From: a virus
Lineage: Duplodnaviria > Caudoviricetes
IMG/VR virus record: IMGVR_UViG_3300010352_002811
Span: 1 to 64,000 of that record
DNA length: 64,000 nt
Direction: 5' to 3' (one strand)
Positions 59,853 to 64,000 of this stretch are shown here, piece by piece. The notes under the pieces were generated by a model, which was not told the origin of the DNA, did not search any database, and worked only from the letters and a program-made list of their open reading frames with translations. Every line of letters begins with the position of its first letter. The stretch's first letter is position 1. A program made the position numbers and the translations under genes.

Positions 59853-60642
59853 AGGAATTAAATATCTCACAGGAACAAACCAAATATCTGATAAAGAGTT
59901 TGTTAAGTTTCTTCTAAGCATTCCTGAAAAAAAATTAACAAATCAAAATTCTTCAATCTCAGAAAAGCTTGATGGATTTGGATTTCGTTTTGGATATGAT
60001 GGAAGATTTTTTGTAGAATCGTCTCGTTCAGGCCCCGTGTATGAATCAGGAGTGTTTAATTCTTATACCGAAAAGAAATTTGGAAAAAAGAACGCCATTT
60101 CTGAGGCGTATGAATCTCTGTTTGAAAATCTTGGAAGAAATGAGAAAATCCAAGAAATATTGAAAAATCATCAGAATGAAAAACTTGTCTGCGAATGCTT
60201 GTATACAAATCTTGGAACGGTTGACCAAGAACGAATTAGATTTGTAAAAACTTGGTATGATATTGATAAACTTGGAACATTCGCTACATTCGGGTTTATC
60301 AAAATTGTGGATGAAAACGGAAACGAAATCCAATCAAACATTTTCCAACAGCTTCAAAATATAAGTGATGACAACATAAAATTTGTAGATTCGACACTAA
60401 AAGAATATGATATTTGTCTTAATTGTGAGTTGAAAGAGTTTGACAATATTTTAGAAACGTATGGTAGACAAACAATTCTTTCGATGCTACAATCAAAGAA
60501 GAAAGCTAGCTGCCTGACACAGTTGGATTCGGTTAGAAAAATGGTTGAATGGAAGCTGAAACAAATGCTGAAATCTGGAATTCTTGGAGATGTTGAAGGA
60601 TTCGTAGTTAAGAAAGATGACACAATTTTCAAAATACTATGA
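59833..60642 (+). CDS. ATP-dependent (RNA) ligase-like protein
   Basis: SEKLDG motif I, CE, EGFVV, FK motifs. Confidence 0.65.
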   Translation: MEQTKRKGIKYLTGTNQISDKEFVKFLLSIPEKKLTNQNSSISEKLDGFGFRFGYDGRFFVESSRSGPVYESGVFNSYTEKKFGKKNAISEAYESLFENLGRNEKIQEILKNHQNEKLVCECLYTNLGTVDQERIRFVKTWYDIDKLGTFATFGFIKIVDENGNEIQSNIFQQLQNISDDNIKFVDSTLKEYDICLNCELKEFDNILETYGRQTILSMLQSKKKASCLTQLDSVRKMVEWKLKQMLKSGILGDVEGFVVKKDDTIFKIL

Positions 60643-60776
60643 AAATAAAACTAAAGATTGAAAAATTAATTTATACAAACATTACAGGAAACTTGTTATA
60701 TTATTATCAGTTTTCTAGATGGCCTTCTTGGTCGCAAACCGGAAGGATTCGTCGTAACAAATTTAATATAGGCTAA
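60639..60776 (+). CDS. 45-aa basic protein (MKI... family)
   Basis: Manual ORF MKIKLKIEKLIYTN...RIRRNKFNIG. Confidence 0.45.
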   Translation: MKIKLKIEKLIYTNITGNLLYYYQFSRWPSWSQTGRIRRNKFNIG

Positions 60777-60781
60777 TTCAA

Positions 60782-60937
60782 ATGAAAATACAATTTCATA
60801 TAGTTTCTTCACAAACTTATTTCTCATTAAGTTCTACAAATTTTAGAATATACTAAAGATATTACTTTACCCGTGATAGATGTAACCGGCGCAGGTATTC
60901 ATTCAACACATTAAAAAGAATTAGAAAATATGCTTAA
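60782..60937 (+). pseudogene. MKI... family ORF with in-frame TAA at 60854-60856
   Basis: MKIQFHI...RIY*RYY...LKRIRKYA*; both ends match 19593..19817. Confidence 0.45.
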
Positions 60938-61451
60938 ATTAAACGAAAATAAAAAAATATATTGTATTTCTGATACACATTTCTATCATCAGCGTATATT
61001 GGAATTCTGTTCTCGTCCATTTTCAGATTACAATGAGATGAACAAAGTATTATTCGAAAATTGGAATAATACTGTAACAGATGATGATATTGTTTTATTT
61101 CTTGGAGACTTTGTTGTAGGTTCTTCTCAATACGGAATTCCTAAGAGACAAGCATCAGAAACCATTTACAAGAACTTGGCTGGAGAAAAATACTTCATTC
61201 TTGGAAACCATGATGACAAGAGATGTTCAATGTTTCTCCCTGAACTTGTGGAGACGTTTGAATATCGCGGGAATTCTTTTACAATTTCTCACCATCCTCT
61301 TGATTTGTTTGCTACTGATTATTTAATTCACGGGCATATTCACAACTCTCCACATGAAATCAGAGAAAACAAACGAGCTTTTAATGTTGGTGTGGAAGAT
61401 ATTGAATATAAACCAATTCTCTTGGATGAGATTTTGGAGAGAATTGGATGA
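60930..61451 (+). CDS. Calcineurin-like metallophosphoesterase
   Basis: SDTHF.H, LGDF, GNHD, HHP, HGHIH, NVGV. Confidence 0.9.
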   Translation: MLKLNENKKIYCISDTHFYHQRILEFCSRPFSDYNEMNKVLFENWNNTVTDDDIVLFLGDFVVGSSQYGIPKRQASETIYKNLAGEKYFILGNHDDKRCSMFLPELVETFEYRGNSFTISHHPLDLFATDYLIHGHIHNSPHEIRENKRAFNVGVEDIEYKPILLDEILERIG

Positions 61452-61615
61452 CAAGAGAACAACGATATGAATATATTCGATGGAGCAATAACATTCGAAT
61501 ATCAAAACAGGGAAATAAAATTGTTTTCAAATGTAAGACTGTTGCGGATTTCGTAAAAGATGACATTTCTGCTTTTATGAATAAATGGATGATATCACGA
61601 AAGGAAACTAATTGA
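61448..61615 (+). CDS. 55-aa hypothetical protein
   Basis: Manual ORF MTREQRYEY...; overlaps both neighbours by 4 nt. Confidence 0.5.
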   Translation: MTREQRYEYIRWSNNIRISKQGNKIVFKCKTVADFVKDDISAFMNKWMISRKETN

Positions 61616-62736
61616 AAAAAGGATTATATTACGAGAAATCAAATGTCAAGGGAATGGGATGTCTATATTATTATTTTGGGCAATCCTCGAATGTCGAAAA
61701 GTTAGGTGAACGAGGTCTTTCACATTACGCAGAGCATCTAATTTGTAAGTCGTTTGACCATCTACTCCCAAAGATTAAGGCTCTTGGGATTTCATACAAT
61801 GCTGCTACATATGATAATTTTGTCATTTTTTATTGGCACGGACTTGATGAAAATTTGAAAATGCTTGAACCTGAGTTGAAGAATATTTTGTCATTTACTC
61901 CAACAAAGGAACAATTCGAATCTGAGAGAAATATCATTCTTCAGGAATATGCTGAGAACTTTTCTGACCAAGGGTCTATTTGGGATAACATTAAACGCAA
62001 GTATTTCAATTATTACAGTCCAATTGGCGCAAAATCCGATATTGAGAACGTGACATATGAGAAGATGTTGAAGTTCCTGGAACGTTTCAAGAACCCAACA
62101 TCAATCATTCGAATCACCAGCAATAGTAAGAAGAATGTCAAAGCGATGTATTCTGATGTTAAGTTTAAGAATGAAATGAAACATGCGAATCCTGGAAAGA
62201 CTGAGTTTGTTCAAGAAGGAGATTCAACATTTCCAAAGTCAGGAATGATGGCTGAATGGCTTGATATTACGAACAAGATGGATGTGTGTGAATTGAATTT
62301 TCTATCAATAATGTTATCTTCTGGTCTTGATACTCCATTTTATCAAGAAATCAGAGAAAAACGAGGACTTTGTTATAGTTTAGGTTCGTTTTGTATTGAA
62401 TTTCAAGGAAAGAGTCTTTGGTATTTTATTGCCAATACGACTTCCGAAAATGTATCCGAAATTCAAAATGTTGTTTATGATATGTTGAGAAATCCAGAAG
62501 TATACATTACACGAGATTTGTTTGATTATACATTAGAATCTCAAAAGAATATTATAATAAAGACAAATATTTTGAACTATCAATTTGGAAATATTATTCA
62601 GATTATTGAAGAACATAAGGCTGAAAAGGTTATTAACACTATTACATACGAAAGAATCCTTGAAATTGCCAATATGCTGAAGAATGAAATCCCAAACATT
62701 CATTCTGCTTCATATGGAGAAACGATGAATTTTTGA
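61612..62736 (+). CDS. M16 (inverzincin) peptidase
   Basis: GLSHYAEH, NAAT, E...ILQE, QEIREKRGLCY. Confidence 0.88.
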   Translation: MKKGLYYEKSNVKGMGCLYYYFGQSSNVEKLGERGLSHYAEHLICKSFDHLLPKIKALGISYNAATYDNFVIFYWHGLDENLKMLEPELKNILSFTPTKEQFESERNIILQEYAENFSDQGSIWDNIKRKYFNYYSPIGAKSDIENVTYEKMLKFLERFKNPTSIIRITSNSKKNVKAMYSDVKFKNEMKHANPGKTEFVQEGDSTFPKSGMMAEWLDITNKMDVCELNFLSIMLSSGLDTPFYQEIREKRGLCYSLGSFCIEFQGKSLWYFIANTTSENVSEIQNVVYDMLRNPEVYITRDLFDYTLESQKNIIIKTNILNYQFGNIIQIIEEHKAEKVINTITYERILEIANMLKNEIPNIHSASYGETMNF

Positions 62737-62811
62737 AAACTTAATGAATTGATAACAAGAGGGCGACCACATGGTTTCCCTCTTTTTCGCATGAATTCCA
62801 AAGGAGAAAAT

Positions 62812-63300
62812 ATGGAAACAACAATATATTTTTCGAAGATGCGAGATGGAGTCAAAATCCCATCAAAGAAAGATGAAAACGCTGGATATGATATCTATGC
62901 GAACTTTGAAGAAGATAGCATTACAATTATGCCTCATGAAACGGTAATGATTCCTACAGGCTTGGTTAGTATGTTTGATAAGGAATTTTTTGTTGAAATT
63001 ATGGAGCGCGGTTCTACAGGGTCAAAGGGAATGGGTCGTCGTTGTGGTGTGATTGATTCGAATTATCGTGGAGAATGGTTTATCGCAATTACAAATCACA
63101 ATACAAAAGCGTTATGTATTACTAAAGATTTGAATAAGAAAAACAACGATTATGTAACATATTATCCATATTCAAAAGCCATTGCCCAAGCTGTTATTCT
63201 ACCTGTTCCTAAGACGAATGTTGTCGAACTTGAACTTTCCGAACTTCTTTCCAACACAACTGATAGAGGAGATGGGAAGCTAGGTTCTTCTGGGAAGTAG
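62812..63300 (+). CDS. dut: Trimeric dUTPase
   Basis: AGYD, PTG, RGS, GVIDSNYRGE, IAQ, RGDGKLGSSG; start reassigned. Confidence 0.95.
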   Translation: METTIYFSKMRDGVKIPSKKDENAGYDIYANFEEDSITIMPHETVMIPTGLVSMFDKEFFVEIMERGSTGSKGMGRRCGVIDSNYRGEWFIAITNHNTKALCITKDLNKKNNDYVTYYPYSKAIAQAVILPVPKTNVVELELSELLSNTTDRGDGKLGSSGK

Positions 63301-63380
63301 GTTGACTTAACGAGGCTATTCTTCCATGATAGGATTTAGTGAGGGAGAGAACAAACCCCTCAGAATAAAAGGAACCTAAC

Positions 63381-63581
63381 ATGGAATATAAGCTAATCGC
63401 AGACTCAAATTCAACCAAGCTTTCTGAGCAGGTAACACAAGCCCTTGAAGAAGGCTTCGAACTTTATGGACAGCCATTCACTCGCGATGGTTTTTACGAA
63501 GAGCGGTCTCGTGGAGAATCAAGAGGAGAGTTTAATTATCGTCCCCTATTCTGCCAAGTTGTTGTCAAGGGGGCCAAGTAA
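63381..63581 (+). CDS. DUF1737-like small protein
   Basis: YKLI...VTQALEEGFELYGQP...QVVVK. Confidence 0.75.
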   Translation: MEYKLIADSNSTKLSEQVTQALEEGFELYGQPFTRDGFYEERSRGESRGEFNYRPLFCQVVVKGAK

Positions 63582-64000
63582 TGAAGTCAGTATCATTTAA
63601 TAAGGAAGTGCTTTCTCTTGTAAATGAACTGGCTTCCATCAATCAGTCAATCAAGCTTTTTAAGGATAATGGAAAGGTTGTTATTAAGACTCAGAATCCA
63701 CAAGAGACAATCGCATACATTCTAACTACGGAAGATATGTCGTTTGATTTTGATGGAGATGAGATTGCGTTCTACAATTATACAGACTTCTATAAGTGGA
63801 TTTCTACTCTGAATGCTACCTCTATGTCTCAGGATGATAATGGAATGCTTCAGATTGGAAATGGTCGTCAGAAGGGTCTTTATCAAACATCCGACACCGA
63901 CATTGTTAAGGGTGGACGATTTGACATTGATTTTGGTGAACCTGATGCTACTCTTGTTCTTTCTGTTGATGACCTAAAGGAACTCCAGAAGCTTCGGTCG
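63581..64000 (+). CDS. gp45: Sliding clamp (gp45-like), truncated at the window end
   Basis: Manual translation MKSVSFNKEVLSLVNELASINQSI...TIAY...EIAFYNYTDF, resembling the T4 gp45 N-terminus. Confidence 0.75.
   Translation, partial: MKSVSFNKEVLSLVNELASINQSIKLFKDNGKVVIKTQNPQETIAYILTTEDMSFDFDGDEIAFYNYTDFYKWISTLNATSMSQDDNGMLQIGNGRQKGLYQTSDTDIVKGGRFDIDFGEPDATLVLSVDDLKELQKLRS

Noticed and set aside
1-64000. Stop-codon reassignment as in some jumbo phages; tRNA genes
   Set aside because: Core genes are intact in the standard code and TAA, TGA and TAG all terminate genes; no cloverleaf was recognised

Overview
A 64-kb segment of a large T4-like (Tevenvirinae-style, probably jumbo) dsDNA phage genome in the standard genetic code; the host cannot be determined from the sequence. 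Left arm (minus strand): partial TnpB, the head-morphogenesis module (gp23, gp22, gp21, gp67-like, gp20), UvsW and UvsY. A ~900-bp non-coding divergence point follows. It holds a candidate ~350-nt structured RNA with a G-rich 3' tract and clusters of GNA mini-hairpins, possibly an R-loop origin. Right arm (mostly plus strand): gp46/gp55/gp47, thioredoxin, two DNA methyltransferases, a family-B polymerase, UvsX, gp41, gp32, an AT-rich glycosylation island, RuvC-like nuclease, RNase H, gp4, class II RNR, DHFR, dUTPase and gp45. Six inteins sit in five replication or nucleotide genes. The most striking feature is ~18-20 otherwise unrelated late ORFs sharing a short N-terminal leader (M-x-F-x-x-[FY]...[LIVF]-x-E). 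It resembles the T4 capsid-targeting sequence plus a gp21 cleavage site and is fused to ART-like, GNAT, zincin, kinase and nuclease-like domains, some apparently as protease-separable polyproteins. This suggests a modular, virion-packaged effector-delivery system. All protein calls come from motif recognition by eye; no database searches were run.
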